This document shows, piece after piece, positions 46,890 to 59,829 of a stretch of DNA of 64,000 nucleotides. The DNA is from Malacoraja senta (Eukaryota), in NCBI GenBank assembly GCA_038087875.1, contig CM075988.1, forward strand, positions 1,488,001-1,552,000. Direction: 5' to 3'. The notes under the pieces are model-generated. The model saw only the letters and a list, made by a program, of their open reading frames with translations, was not told the DNA's origin and made no database searches. The stretch's first letter is position 1. Each line of letters opens with the position of its first letter. A program made the translations under genes and the position numbers.

Positions 46890-47599
46890 TGTGTAGAATA
46901 GCACACTGCTGCTTCGATGTAGACAGAGCATTGTGAACATGTGATTTGACTGAGGATTTATTGCTTCTATACCCACTTCACACACACCTGGAGTGCCATT
47001 TTGTTTTCCATGGGAAGAAACAAAGACTGAGAAATAATTAACACTTCTTTTGCATTCTCTGTGGCGCTGGAGAAGCCAGGGAGTCGCAGATCAGTCAGTT
47101 TATCTTAGTTTGTGATAAATCTAGTTTTTCTGATGGAAGAGAAATGTGAGCATCAGACATGCCCTTATTTGTTTTTCTCAACATTATGCAAACGTTAAGA
47201 GCTTTGATTAACATGAGAGAAAAGAATGACAGTGAGTGGGGTAAAAATGGATTTTCAAAAATCACATACCAAGGTTGTGCATAAGAGGGAGGACTGGAAA
47301 GAGAAGGGAAGGGGTAAAATCAAGGTAAACTCAATGATGTCCGATTCATTACATGCTAATCGAAGGATCAAGTGTTGCAATCTGCCAACAATGTCAAGTT
47401 GTGCGGTGAGATGAATTGTGAATTTGGATTTTATCGAACATAGAACAGTACAATACTGGAACAGGCCCTTTGGTCCACAGTGTCTGCCAAACGTGATGCC
47501 AAGACCTAATCTTATCTGCACATCATTTTAGTTTAGCTTATTATTGTTATGTCTACTGAGGTACATTGAAAAGCTTTAGTTTGCGTGCTATCCAGTCAA

Positions 47600-49445
47600 A
47601 GAACACCACGCTGATCTCACTATCCTTGTTCTTTTCCTTAGTGAAAGAAGATACAAAGTACTTGTTTAGTACCTTACCTTCATCTGCAGATTCCAAGTAC
47701 AAATTCCCTCCTGTATCCTTGATTGGTCCTACCTTCTTCCTGGTTACCCTCTTATTTTTGTTATAGGTATAAAAAACTTTGGGATGTTCCTAATCTGACG
47801 CGCCAAAGGCATTTTCTGTCCCTCTTTGGCCCTTCTAATCAACTGCTTGAGTTCTTTCCTTCTTTCTTTGTAGAATGTCCTGTCTGATTCCATCCTCTTA
47901 AACCTTGCACACACTTCCGTTTTCCTTTTGACCAAATGTTCAACTTCACGATTGCTTTACTTTGTATTTAATCCCTCCTCCTTACTGGAACATGGCAGTC
48001 CTGAACCTTAAACCACTTCTACCCACCTGAGCTCCTGCCTAACTACATTACAATTTGCCTTACTCCAAATTAATAACTTCTCGCAAGGTATTCTACCTAT
48101 TCAAAATAATCTTGTGATCACTATCCCCAAAATGTTCTTCACTGAAACACGGGCCACCGAGTTAGATTCATTTCCCAACACAAGGACCAGTATGGTCCCT
48201 TCTTGGGTTGGACTATCCACATACTGTTACAAGAAAACCCTCTTGGATACACCTCTCAAATTCTGCCCCGTCTGAGCCTTTGGCACTCAACAAGTCCCAG
48301 TTAATATTGGGGAAGTTAAAGTCACCCCTTAAAACAACCCTGTTGCTTTGGCATCTTTGTGTAATCTATCTACATTTTGCTTGCTATTGGGGGGGCTATA
48401 GTCCAATCCCATGAGAGTGCGTGCATCTTTCTTAGTTTTAAGCTTCACCCATACTGCCTCAGTTGACGAACCCTCCAGTATATCCTCTGAGTGCTGCTTG
48501 ACAGTCTCCCTGATTAGTAACACAACTCCTCCATGTCTTCCCAGCTCCCATTCTCGATCGCAATTGAAACATTGATCCCCGGAACATTGAGGTGCCAGTT
48601 GTGTCGCTCTCACAACTGCGTTTCTGCAATGGCCAAGAGTTAATTGTGTTTTATTATCATCTATCCCGAAACACAACAATGAAATTCTTACTTGCAGCAA
48701 CACAACAGATATGTAAACATATGTGTGTATATATATATATATATTGGCTGTTGGGAAGAAGCTGCTCCTGAACCTGGATGTTACAGTTTTTGGGCTCCTG
48801 TACCACCTTCCCCATGGGAATGAGAATGTGGCCAGGGTGGTGTGGGTCTCTGATGATACTGCCTGCCTTTTTGAGGCAGTCCTTCCTGTAGATCCCATCA
48901 ATAGTGGGAAGTGGGTGGACTGGGCAGTATTCACTACATTTTGTAATTTCCTGTGTTCCTGTGCATACGAGTCCACAACATCATAGTCCCAAGCACCAAT
49001 CCAGGCTCTGAGACCATGAGAGATGGGAGCAGAATTAGGCCATTCAGCCCAGGTTTACTCCTTTATTCAATCATGGCTGATCTATCTCTCCCTCCTAACC
49101 CCATTCTCCTGCCTTCTCCCCATAACCTCTAACACCTGTACTAATTAAGGATCTATATCTCAGCCTTAAATATATCCACTGACTTGGCCTGCAGTCTTTG
49201 TGGCAAAGAATTCCAAGGATTCACCACCCTCTGACTAAAGAAATTCCTCCTCATCTCCTTCCTAAAACAACGTCCATTAATTGTGATGTAATATTTAATA
49301 ACAATGTCTATGATACTACCTATTTTAGTGTCAGCTGCAAACCTGCTCATTATGCCTTGTACATTCTTATCCAAATCATTGAAGTAAATCACAAATGGGC
49401 CCAGCACTGATCCCTGATGTACACCAGTCACTGACTTCCAGTCCA
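47600..49445 (-). mobile_element. Cluster of decayed CR1 and Rex1 fragments
   Basis: CR1 endonuclease remnants (EGSSTEAVWVKL, GDFNFP), Rex1-like RFRSSFFP (~48640-48960), CR1 RT QGSVLGP/AADTK (49153..49446). Confidence 0.7.
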
Positions 49446-49996
49446 TGATGATGATGACTAATTCCTACAGGTGTAAAAATTCCCCCGCGTGTGTTTGCAT
49501 CCGAAGTAAACTATCAGATTAGTAGAGATTTCACATGGTAAAATCCTGACATTTACCACTAAATATCTCAAAGCGGATTCTGCAACGACTTTCAAAATGC
49601 AATTACTCTATGGCCAGGAGATTAATTTGTGTGGTTATGCGTAAAAGGCTCGGGTGCAGGAATGAATTTGAAAACCAGTTGTCAGACTGTTCTAAGATTC
49701 TCTGATTCTGTTAGTCTACATATGACAGGTGTAACAATTCAGTTGAGAGCATGGGTCACTAATAGTTTATGTACGACAAATGTACCTCTGCAGTTGCATT
49801 CGTCAGCTGTGCCTCTGATGTTATCATTATAATTGGCAGGTTTATCCTCACCAGTCCTTTCTAAGATTTTAGAATCTTTTGAAATAAAATGATAATGGTA
49901 TCAGAATGTGATTTAAAAAAAAAAAAAATTGGATGTTAAGTCCATATTCAGGATAAATATCAATGGGCAGTCTGCAATGTGTTTCCTGTTCCTCAG

Positions 49997-50114
49997 TTCT
50001 ACGAGACCAGGAGAAAAACTGGCCTTGCTATGAATGTAACCGTCGCTTCACCAGCTCCGAGCAGCTGCAGCAACATCTCAACATGCACGATGAAAAGCTG
50101 GACTTCTTCAGCAG
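49997..50114 (+). CDS. PRDM10: PRDM10 coding exon H (118 nt; first C2H2 zinc finger, phase 1/2)
   Basis: Acceptor ttcctcag, donor AG|gtatgg. [39 protein letters not shown]. Confidence 0.97.
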
Positions 50115-50261
50115 GTATGGCCGTGAATGCATTTGAAGCCAGTGCTCTTTCTCTTGTGTTTTCCAGTGTGCTTGTCAACTTAACGTAAGGAAGAGGAGCA
50201 GCAGCAACCCGCTGTCCCACCACAATATGATCAATTCTGCATAGAATTATCTTTTCAATAT

Positions 50262-51318
50262 CAGCGGTAGACAAAAATGCTGGAGAAATTCATCGGGTGA
50301 GGCAGCATCTATGGAGCGAAGGAATAGGTGACGTTTCAGGTCAAGACCCTTCTTCAGACTGATGTGGGGGTGGTGGGGACGGAAAGAAGAGATGGAGACA
50401 GTGGGCTGTGGGAGAGCTGGGAAGGGGAGGGGAAAGAGGGAGAAAGCAAGGACTACCTGAAATTGGAGGTCAATGTTCATACTGCTGGGGTGTAAACTAC
50501 CCAAGCGAAATATGAGATGCTGCTCCTCCAATTTACGGTGGGACTCACTCTGGCCATGGAGGAGGCCCAGTCCAGAAAGGTCGGATTCGGAATGGGAGGG
50601 GGAGTTGAAGTGCTGAGCCACTGGGAGATCAGGTTGGTTATTGCGAACTGAGCAAAGGTGTTGGGCGAAGCGATCGCCAAGCCTGTGCTTGGTCTCACCG
50701 ATGTAGAGCAGCTGACACCTAGAGCAGCGGATGCAATAAATGAGGTTGGAGGAGGTGCAGGTGAAACTCTGCCGCACCTGGAAAGACTGCTTGGGTCCTT
50801 GGATGGAGTCAAGGGAGGAAGGTAAAGTGACAAGTGTAGCATTTCCTGTGGTTGCAAGGGAAAATACCAGGGGTGGATTGGGTGGGAAGGGACGAAATGA
50901 CCAGGGAGTTACGGAGGGAGCGGTCTCTGCGGAAAGCCGACAGGCGGGGAGAAGGGAAGATGTGGCCAGCGGTGGAATCCCGTTGGAGGTGGCGAAAATG
51001 TCAGAGGATTATCTGTTATATGTGGCGGCTGGTAGGGTGGAAGGTGAGGACAAGGGGGACTCTGCCCTTGTTACAAGTGGGGGGATGGGGAGTGAGAGCA
51101 GAGTTACGGGGTATAGTAGAGCCCTGGTAAGAGCCTCATCTATAGTCGAAGAGGGGAACCCGCGTTCCCTGAAGAATGAGGACATCTCCGATGCCCTGGT
51201 GTGGTACACCTCATCCTGAGTGCAGATGCGGCGAAGACGGAGGAATTGGGAGCAGGGGATAGAGTCCTTACAGGAAGCAGGGTGGGAAGAAGTGTAGTCC
51301 AGATAGCCATAGGAGTCT
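50262..51318 (-). mobile_element. Penelope-like retroelement 3' part (RT thumb, GIY-YIG endonuclease, terminal repeat)
   Basis: 50247..50777 NLIYCIRCSRCQLLYIGETKHRLGDRFAQH...VAQHFN (GIY-YIG). Upstream YLDYTSSHP...SQFLRLRRIC...RGFP. Confidence 0.92.
50327..50360 (-). ncRNA. Minimal type I hammerhead ribozyme-like motif
   Basis: Minus strand AGU-CUGAAGA-A-GGGUC(UU)GACCU-GAAAC-GUC-ACC: both core boxes, helix II, palindromic ACGU helix III and a GUC cleavage triplet. Penelope-like elements are known to carry such motifs. Confidence 0.7.
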
Positions 51319-52578
51319 TCACATCTCGGTCCTAAAAGATTTCCCCTTGATCCTTAAACTGTGACCCCTTGTCCTGGACTTCCCCAACATCGGGAACAAT
51401 CTTCCTGCATCTAGCCTGTCCAACCCCTTAAGAATTTTGTACGTTTCTATAAGATCCCCCCTCAATCTTCTAAATTCTAGCGAGTACAAGCCGAGTCTAT
51501 CCAGTCTTTCTTCATATGAAAGTCCTGACATCCCAGGAATCAGTCTGGTGAACCTTCTCTGTACTCCCTCTATGGCAAGAATGTCTTTCCTCAGATTTGG
51601 AGACCAAAACTGTATGCAATACTCCAGGTGTGGTCTCACCAAGACCATGTACAACTGCAGTAGAACCTCCCTGCTCCTATACTCAATCCTTTTGCTATGA
51701 ATGCTAACATACCATTCGCACTGGGAATAAAGATAAAGGACACTAGAGTGAATGCAGAGGTCACGTTGGGAGTAAGATGAAGAATTCATTTGAAGGGGAA
51801 CTGAAAGCTGAGGTTATGTTTGCAGACTGAGTAGTCAGTGTGTCAGTCATCCAGTCTAGGTTTGATGTACTGTTTCTCTCCTCTACTACAATCAGTTTGA
51901 AGAAGGGTCCCGACCCATTGTCCTATCTGTGTCCTCCAGAGATGCTGTCTGACCCACTGAGTTAATGCAGCATTTTGTATCTTTGTAACCCAGTGTCACC
52001 TTGTCCCTTGTGTTATCTCATTCGCTTCGTTATCTAACATACCATTCGCTTTCTTCACTGCCTGCTGCACCTGCATGCCTACTTTCAATGACTGGTGTAC
52101 CATGACACCCAGGTCTCGTTGCATCTCCCCTTTTCCTAATCGGCCACCATTTAGATAATAGTCTACTTTCCTGTTTTTGCCACCAAAGTGGATAACCTCA
52201 CATTTATCCACATGATACTGCATCTGCCATGCATTTGGCCACTCACCCAGCCTATCCAAGTCACCTTGCAGCCTCCTAGCATCCTCCTCACAGCTAACAC
52301 TGTTCCCCAACTTCGTGTCATCCGCAAACTTGGAGATGTTGCATTCAATTCCCTCGTCCAAATCATTAATATATATTATAAATAGCTGGGGTCCCAGCAC
52401 TGAGCCTTGCGGTACCCCACTAGTCACTGCCTGCCATTCTGAAAAGGACCCGTTTACTCCTACTCTTTGCTTCCTGTTTGCCAGCCAGTTCTCTATCCAC
52501 ATCAATACTGAACCCCCAATACCGTGTGCTTTAAGTTTGCATACTAATCTCTTATGTGGGACCTTGACGAAAGCCTTC
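51319..52578 (-). mobile_element. Two CR1 RT fragments (51319-51720 and ~52035-52578)
   Basis: ORFs 51319..51789 and 51996..52505 are close to the 40167..41402 peptide. Confidence 0.9.
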
Positions 52579-52678
52579 TAGCCTCCATAATCCTCAAGGG
52601 TTATAACTCCAGACATTTCTGCCCTTTTTGAAAAGTTACTGCACAATGCAGTTTTAGGTTTATTTTTCGGTTAGTTGA

Positions 52679-52990
52679 GGGAGGCACAGTGGCGCCATGG
52701 TCGAGTAGCTGCGTTAGAGTGCCAGCGACCCGGATTCAATCTTGGGTGCTGTCTGCACGGATTTTGCACATTCTCCCTGTGACCGCGTGCGTTTCCTCCG
52801 GGTGCTCCGGTTTTAGGTTAATTGGCCTCTGTAAAATTGCCTCTAGTGTGTAGAGAGTGGATAAGAATGTGGGATAATGTAGAACTAGTGTGTGTGTGGG
52901 TGATCGGTGGTCAGCCTGGACTCGGTAGGCTGAAGAGCCTGATTTCCAGGCTGTATCCCAATGAATCTTCCAATGAATCAATTCAGTCAA
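52679..52990 (+). mobile_element. tRNA-derived V-SINE (HE1-like)
   Basis: Head GGCACAGTGGCGC with B-box-like GGATTCAATC. V-domain TTCTCCCTGTGACCGCGTGCGTTTCCTCCGGGTGCTCCGGTTT. CR1-like tail. Confidence 0.85.
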
Positions 52991-53016
52991 TACTGTGGTA
53001 TTATTTAATGCATTCT

Positions 53017-53354
53017 GGACTGGACAAGCTAGATGCAGGAAAATGTTCCCAATGTTGGGCGAGTCCAGAACCAGGGGCCACAGTCTTAGAATAAAGGAGA
53101 GGCCATTTCAGACTGAGGTTTTCACCCAGAGAGTTATGAATTTGTGGAATTCCCTGCCACAGAGGACAGTGGAGGCCAAATCACTGGATGGATTGAAGAG
53201 AGAGTTAGATAGAGCTCTAGGGGCTAGTGGAATCAAGGGATATGGGGAGAAGGCAGGCACGGGTTATTGATTGGGGATGATCAGCCATGATCACAATGAA
53301 TGGCGGTGCTGGCTCGAATGGCCTCCTCCTGCACCTATTTTCTATGTTTCTATG
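53017..53354 (+). mobile_element. CR1 3' end
   Basis: Same subfamily as 37268-37733, but CACGGGTTATTGA is present once (empty site). Confidence 0.9.
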
Positions 53355-53667
53355 GAAATAAGATACTCAGAATCTCTTGAACCCACAATGATACCTACAG
53401 GCTTTAATTTTGTAAAAATATTTATTCTGTTCCACTTTATCAAATGGCTACTTAACTTCCATGTACATACTGCAGAAAGAGTACAAAAGCAATGGAAACT
53501 GGGGTTCAGAGGTTATTAATCAATGTAGCACGGGAACTGAGAAGTTGTTTTTTCTTTCTTGACTGTTGGTTTTGACATTTGCCGTCACCGTCCCTCCTTT
53601 GGTCATTGCCCTTTACAATCATGGATACGGTTCCCAGTGTTTTATTTTATCAAATCTCTGGTGACAG

Positions 53668-53776
53668 GTCAAAGAGCAGGAGTCGTGGCCGAGGCAGGAG
53701 GCGGTTTGGCACTGGGAGGCGGCCTGGGCGCCCGCCCAAGTTCAACCGGCAGGACCAGGCCGCGGAGCAGAGCGAG
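53668..53776 (+). CDS. PRDM10: PRDM10 coding exon I (109 nt; basic/AT-hook-like, phase 2/0)
   Basis: Acceptor gtgacag, donor GAG|gtgaga. RSKSRSRGRGRRRFGTGRRPGRPPKFNRQDQAAEQSE. Confidence 0.94.
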
Positions 53777-53894
53777 GTGAGACTGGCTGATCTGTTTAAA
53801 GCTTCTGAAATAATATGTCTGCATTTAGGCACGAGCTGCTATCTTGCCTATTTCAACCCAACCTTCAGTTCAATGAGTTATGAAAACATTCATG

Positions 53895-54212
53895 TTTTCA
53901 TAGTCAGACCGTGTGGAGACAGAACCTTTGGCTTAACTTGCCCACACCGACCAACATGTCCCATCTACACAAGTCCCACTTGCCTGCATTTGGCCCAAAT
54001 TCCTCTAAACCTGTCCTATCCATGTACCTGTTTTAATTGCTGCCTTAGCATTGCGATAGTCCCTGCATCAACAACCTCCTCCGGCAGCTTGTTCCATACA
54101 CCCACCACCCTTTGTGTGAAAAAGTTACTCCTCAGATTCCTATAAAATCTTTTCCGTTTCACCTTAAACCTATGCCATCTGGTTCTGGATTTCCCTACTC
54201 TGGGCAAAGGAC
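53895..54212 (-). mobile_element. CR1 3' end (resumes at ~55555-55612)
   Basis: ORF 54016..54207 RVGKSRTR...FFTQRVVGVWNKLP. The upstream part LIEVYKIMRGIDRVDAQ lies beyond the Crack-like insert. Confidence 0.85.
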
Positions 54213-55552
54213 TTTTTTTTAAATATAATTTATTTATTTATTCCGAACAAGTAAAGACATTAAAGACATTAATATTAACAAAATCGAAATTATCAAACAA
54301 TTGGACATTGCAATCAACATTTACAAATGAGAAGAACAAAATCAAGGTTCCAATGTCCAACTCTGAGTCTGTACAAGCTCGAAAAGGAGTGAGAAGAAGA
54401 ATAACTTATTAAATCTCACCCCTTTTCCCCAACACTTCTATCATATTTAAAAATCAATTCCTTACTAATAATAATACTGCCCTAGGCAATTTCCCATAAT
54501 ACCTACAGACACATATATACATACAACTATTATGTACATACAATCTTCATATTTGAAGTACCCAAACATAAGTGAACAATAGTAAACAAGATAAACATCA
54601 ACAATAGTAACAAGATAAACATCAACGATAGTAAACAAGATAAACATCAACCCCCACTTGTCAACCATCCCCTCCATCCCTGTACCCCTTGAGAATTATT
54701 TTTTTATATATCATTTTATAATGATTCATGTTTGTGCATTGCTTCAATTCCCCGTTCAATTTATTCCACACTCCTACTCCACAAACCGAAATACAAAAGG
54801 TTTTTCTAGTCGTACGGACTTTTTGTTTCTTAAAGTTAAATATTCCTCTTAAATTGTAACCCCCCACACGCTCGTTAAATAATTTTTGAATGTTTCCAGG
54901 TAAATTTTTATTTTTGGCCCTAAACATTATCTGAGCTGTTTTGAATGTGACCAAATCTTCTAATTTTAATAATTTTGACTCTAAAAATAATGGATTCGTA
55001 TGACCCAGATACTTAGCATTATGGATAATACGAATTGCTCTTTTTTGCATCATGGTTAATGAGTGTATCGAATTTTTATAATTATTGCCCCAGACTTCTG
55101 TACAATAATTTAAGTAGGGTAAAATTAATGAACAATAAAGAATACGGAGTGATTTGTAATCCAGAGCTTGCTTGGCTTTGTATAATACAGAGATACTTTT
55201 TGACAATTTTAATTTTACATGTTTAATATGTGATTTCCAGCTTATTTTATCGTCAATTATAACCCCAAGAAATTTATTTTCATGCACTCTTTCAACTTCC
55301 ACCCCATTTATCTTTATACTTACTAGTGTATTTATTCTACAATTACCAAATAACATTATTTTAGTTTTACTCCGATTTAATGAAATTTTATTACTATCAA
55401 ACCATATTTTCAATTTACCCATTTCTTTTATTATTTTATCCAATAGCTTTTTAAAATTTTCCCCAGAACAAAAAATATTTGTATCATCTGCAAACAAAAC
55501 CAGCCTCAAGACATTGGACACATTACAAATATCATTTATGTACATGATAAAT
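54213..55552 (-). mobile_element. AT-rich Crack/Daphne-like (L2-CR1 group) LINE 3' part
   Basis: Uninterrupted 294-aa ORF YINDI...LFADDTN...KFLGVIID...PYLNYC...QKRAIRII. 3' UTR ending GAATAAATAAATAA and an A-run. Confidence 0.85.
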
Positions 55553-56414
55553 AATTTTGTGCGTCTACTCGATCTATTCCTCTCATAATTTTATACACCT
55601 CAATAAGATCAATAAGAGCTCTATAATATTTCTTTGAAATAATTTGTACCTCTGCAACCTGCTTGGAGTTGACATGATCCTTTTGGATAAATAAGTGGGA
55701 TCCCTTTCTCCACTGCTGGTTGCTGGACATGGTGCTGGTCTGAAGCTGGTGTTCAAGTCCTGTCATATACAGAGAGTAAGAACAGTGGGAGATTGCACAA
55801 CTGCATTAACTTGAATTCCTCAATAGTTAACTGAATATACAAGTTAACAAGTTTTCTGATCTATAATCCATGAGCTGTGATGAAATAAAGCTGCTTGGTT
55901 TTTGATTGAGAATAATGGCATCTTTTGCTGCCATGATTGAGGAAGGAAGAACTTTCCTGTAGGCAATGGTTATGAAATGTTGTCAAGGGACCACTGGACA
56001 AAAGAAAGACATTTGTTGTGAAACTGACGAAGGAGATCTGATAATTGTGTAAGATTTTAACATTTAACAGGTTACACAAAGGATCAAGGAATAGAGCAGT
56101 TAATTTGCTTTGCAGAGAAATGATAATTACAAAAATTCAAGGACCGCTCCTCCCCCCCCCCCCCCCCCCCTCCCCGAGAGTTCCCCCTTCATAATGTCCA
56201 GAAGCTGCAGGATACAGGATATCACTGTTCTCTTCCTTGAACTCATTGGGTTCCTTTTCCACAGTATTCATTTCAGATCATGCCCATCTCTTGTTAACTC
56301 CACACAGATGACCAGGCTGATCCTTAAGAATACCTATTCTCTCAGTAATTCCCCTGTTGCTCTTAATAGACTTGGAGAATCTTTTAGGTTTCTTCCTTAC
56401 TTTACCTTGTTTTC

Positions 56415-59400
56415 AAGTTGGCGCCTAGCTGCGGCGACTTTTGCGGAGCACCAGAACACAAAAGGTTCACCTACAACTTCTATCAACTTACCTGCATCAG
56501 GGAAACGGCAGTAATCGGTGCCGTTTCAGACAAGCTGCTTGGGCAGCTGAAAGCGCTGGCAATTTCGTGATCTCCCGCAGCTGCGGGAGCCCCGGACTTT
56601 AAACGTTCCCACGCTGGCTGTGGAACTCCCGACCCGACTGTGGATCCCAGGTACCGTACCTGGGAACCCCGGGATGATCTCCAGAGCCCAAGGGCCGGAT
56701 CTCCCAGGAACAATGAAGCTGGAGCTGCCGACTTTGAATGTACCCCCGTTCGTTACGGAGCTGGAGCTGCCGTCTGTGAAGGAATCCCCGTTCCAGCGCA
56801 GGTCCGCAGAAACAGCAGGTACAGTAAACTCAGCACCTGGAAACAAAGGGAAAGCCTCCATTGTGTCCGGAAATGTGGCCGACGGGCAGGACCAGGTCAG
56901 ACTGAAGCGCAGGGGACTTTGGCCCTCTCTCCCTACTATCCTACTGGCCAACGTACTGTCTCTTGAAAATAAAGTGGAGGACTTAAGGGCAAGGCTGCTT
57001 TATCAAAGGGAGCTGAGGGAATGCTCTGTGTTCTTTCACCCCCAGCTCCCCAGACTCAGCGGTCCAGCCTGAAGGTTTCTCCATCCACCGTATGGACCGT
57101 ACACTGGCATCTGGGAAAGGGAGAGGAGGGGGCGTCGGCCTCATGGTCAACTCTGCGTGGTGCTCAGACGTGGCAGTCCTGTCCAACTCCTGCTATCCAC
57201 ACCTCGAACATCTGGCGGTGAAGTGTCGTCCCTTCTACCTCCCAAGAGAATTCACCTCCATCATCATGACCGCGGTCTACATCCCACCCCAGGCAGACGT
57301 CCATTTGGCACTGGAGGAGCTGCACGCCATGGTCAACAAACACCAGACGTCTTACCCCGAGGTGTTCACCACCATAGCCGGGGACTTCAATAAGGCAAAT
57401 CTAAAGAAATCACTCCCTAACTTCCACCAACATGTCTCCTGCTGCACCAGAGGACCAAGCACCCTCGACCACTGCTACACGACCATCAAGAATGCCTATC
57501 GTTCTATCCCTCGCCCTCACTTCGGTAAATCCGACCATACCGCGGTGCTGCTTCTTCCTGCCTACAGGCAGCAATTAAAGAGCGCACCCCCAGAGGTGAG
57601 GACAGTACCGCTGGTCGGGGGAGGGTGTGGGGCAGAGGAACAACTCCAGGACTGTTTGGAGTCTGTAGACTGGGCAATGTTCAAGGACTCGGCAACGGAC
57701 CTGAACGAATACGCCACAGTCGTTACAGACTTCATTAAGAAGTGTGTGGAGAACTGCATCCCCACCAAACCCTTCCGAGCGTTTCCCAATCAGAAACCTT
57801 GGATGAGATCCGCACTCTTCTGAAGTCCCGACACCGGGCATTCATGTCTGATGATACAGTGGCCTACAAGAAGTCCAGATACGACCTTGGTAAGGCCATC
57901 AAAAAGGCCAAAAGGGACCTGCTCCAAACTGGAGGAAGAGACAGATGTTCGGCGGCTGTGGCGGGGCCTGAATGCAATCACCTCCTACAAGTCGAAATCA
58001 GGAGGCAGCTCGAATGTCGGCGAAACATCACTCCCTGATGAGCTCAATGCGTTTTACGCACGCTTTGATAGGGAGAACACCGATGTGCCTTCCCGCGCCC
58101 CCATTCGCTATGATGGTATTTCAGTCTCAGTCACAGAGGCCGACGTCAGGAAATCCTTCAGAGGGGTGAACCCTCGAAAAGCGCCTGGACCTGATGGTAT
58201 ACCTGGTCGTATTCTAAAAACCTGTGCGGACCAACAGGCTGGAGTTTTTACGGACATTTTCAACCTCTCACTTCTGAGGTCTGAGGTTCCCACCTGCTTC
58301 AAAAGGGCATCAATTATACCAGTGCCCAAGAAGAGTAAGGTGACGTGCCTCAATGACTATCGACCTGTGGCACTAAAGCCTGTGGTGATGAAGTGCTTTG
58401 AGAGGTTGATCATGACGCTGATCAACTCCTACCTCGACAAAAACCTGGACCCACTGCAGTTCGCTTACCGCCACAACAGATCAACGGTGGATGCGATCTC
58501 GCTGGCCCTCCACTTCGCTCTGGACCACTTGGACAACAAAAACTCATATGTCAGGCTGTTATTCATCGATTGCAGCTCGGCATTTAATACAATCATCCCC
58601 TCCAAGCTGGTTACCAAACTCGCAGAACTGGGTCTCTGCACATCCCTCTGCAATTGGATCCTCGACTTCCTCACTCTCAGACCACAGTCTGTTCGTATTG
58701 GTGGAAATGTGTCAGACTCGATAACAATCAGCACGGGAGCACCTCAAGGCTGCGTGCTCAGCCCCCTGCTGTACTCCCTCTATACTCATGACTGCGTAGC
58801 CGGACATAGTGCGAACTCCATCATCAAGTTCGCTGACGACACCACTGTTGTGGGACGTATCACTGATGGGGATGAGTCAGAGTATAGAAAAGAGATCGAG
58901 CAACTGTCCATATGGTGCCAGCACAATAACCTGGCCCTCAACATCAGCAAAACCAAGGAACTGATTGTGGCCTTTGGAAGGAGTAGGATGGGGACCCACA
59001 GTCCCGTTTATATCAACGGGTCGATGGTTGAAAGGGTCAAGTGCTTCAAATTCCTGGGCGTGCACATCTCTGAAGATCTTTCCTGGTCCGAGAACACTGA
59101 TGCCATTATTAAGAAAGCACATCAGCGCCTCTACTTCCTGAGAAGATTACGGAGAGTCGGCTTGTCAAGGAGGACTCTCTCTAACTTCTACAGGTGCACA
59201 GTAGAGAGCATGCTGACTGGTTGCAAAAAGTAGTAAACACTGCCCAGTCCATCAGGCTCTGACCTCCCTTCCATCGAGGGGATCTATCACAGTCGCTGCC
59301 TCAAAAAGGCTGGCAGTATCATCAAGGACCCACACCATCCTGGCCACACACTCATCTCCCTGCTACCTTCAGGTAGAAGGTACAGGAGCCTGAAGACTAC

Positions 59401-59648
59401 AACGACCAGGTTCAGGAATAGCTACTTCCCCACAGCCATCAGGCTATTAAACCTGGCTCGGACAAAACACTAAACTTTATTAGCCAACTAACTGTTATTT
59501 GCACTTTATCAGTATATTGATTCATGTGTGTATATATGTATAGAATGCTTTGTAGTCAATGCCTATTGTGTTCTGTTGTGCTGAAGCAAAGCAAGAATTT
59601 CATTGTCCTATCAGGGACACATGACAATAAACTCACTTGAACTTGAAC
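56415..59648 (+). mobile_element. Rex1/Babar LINE, near full length, frameshifted
   Basis: LLANVLSLENK, GGGV, AGDFN, TLDHCY, GKSDH (endonuclease). RT 57851..59233 with QGCVLSPLLYSLYT and KFADDT. Tail GACAATAAA..(CTTGAA)n. Confidence 0.93.
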
Positions 59649-59829
59649 CTATCAGGGACATCTTGTATCCCCATTTTGCTCTACTGATTTCCTCTAGTGA
59701 ACGCCTACATCTCTTATGCTTGTGGGATTTGCTTGATTCTAGCTGCCTACACCTGACAAGCCTCATTTTACTTTCTCGTCCAAAGTGGAAGTTTCCTACA
59801 TTATTTTTCATTTCTAAATATTTCTTTCT

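Noticed and set aside
52679..52750. tRNA gene
   Set aside because: It is the tRNA-derived head of a SINE, with no complete cloverleaf, and continues into the V-domain.
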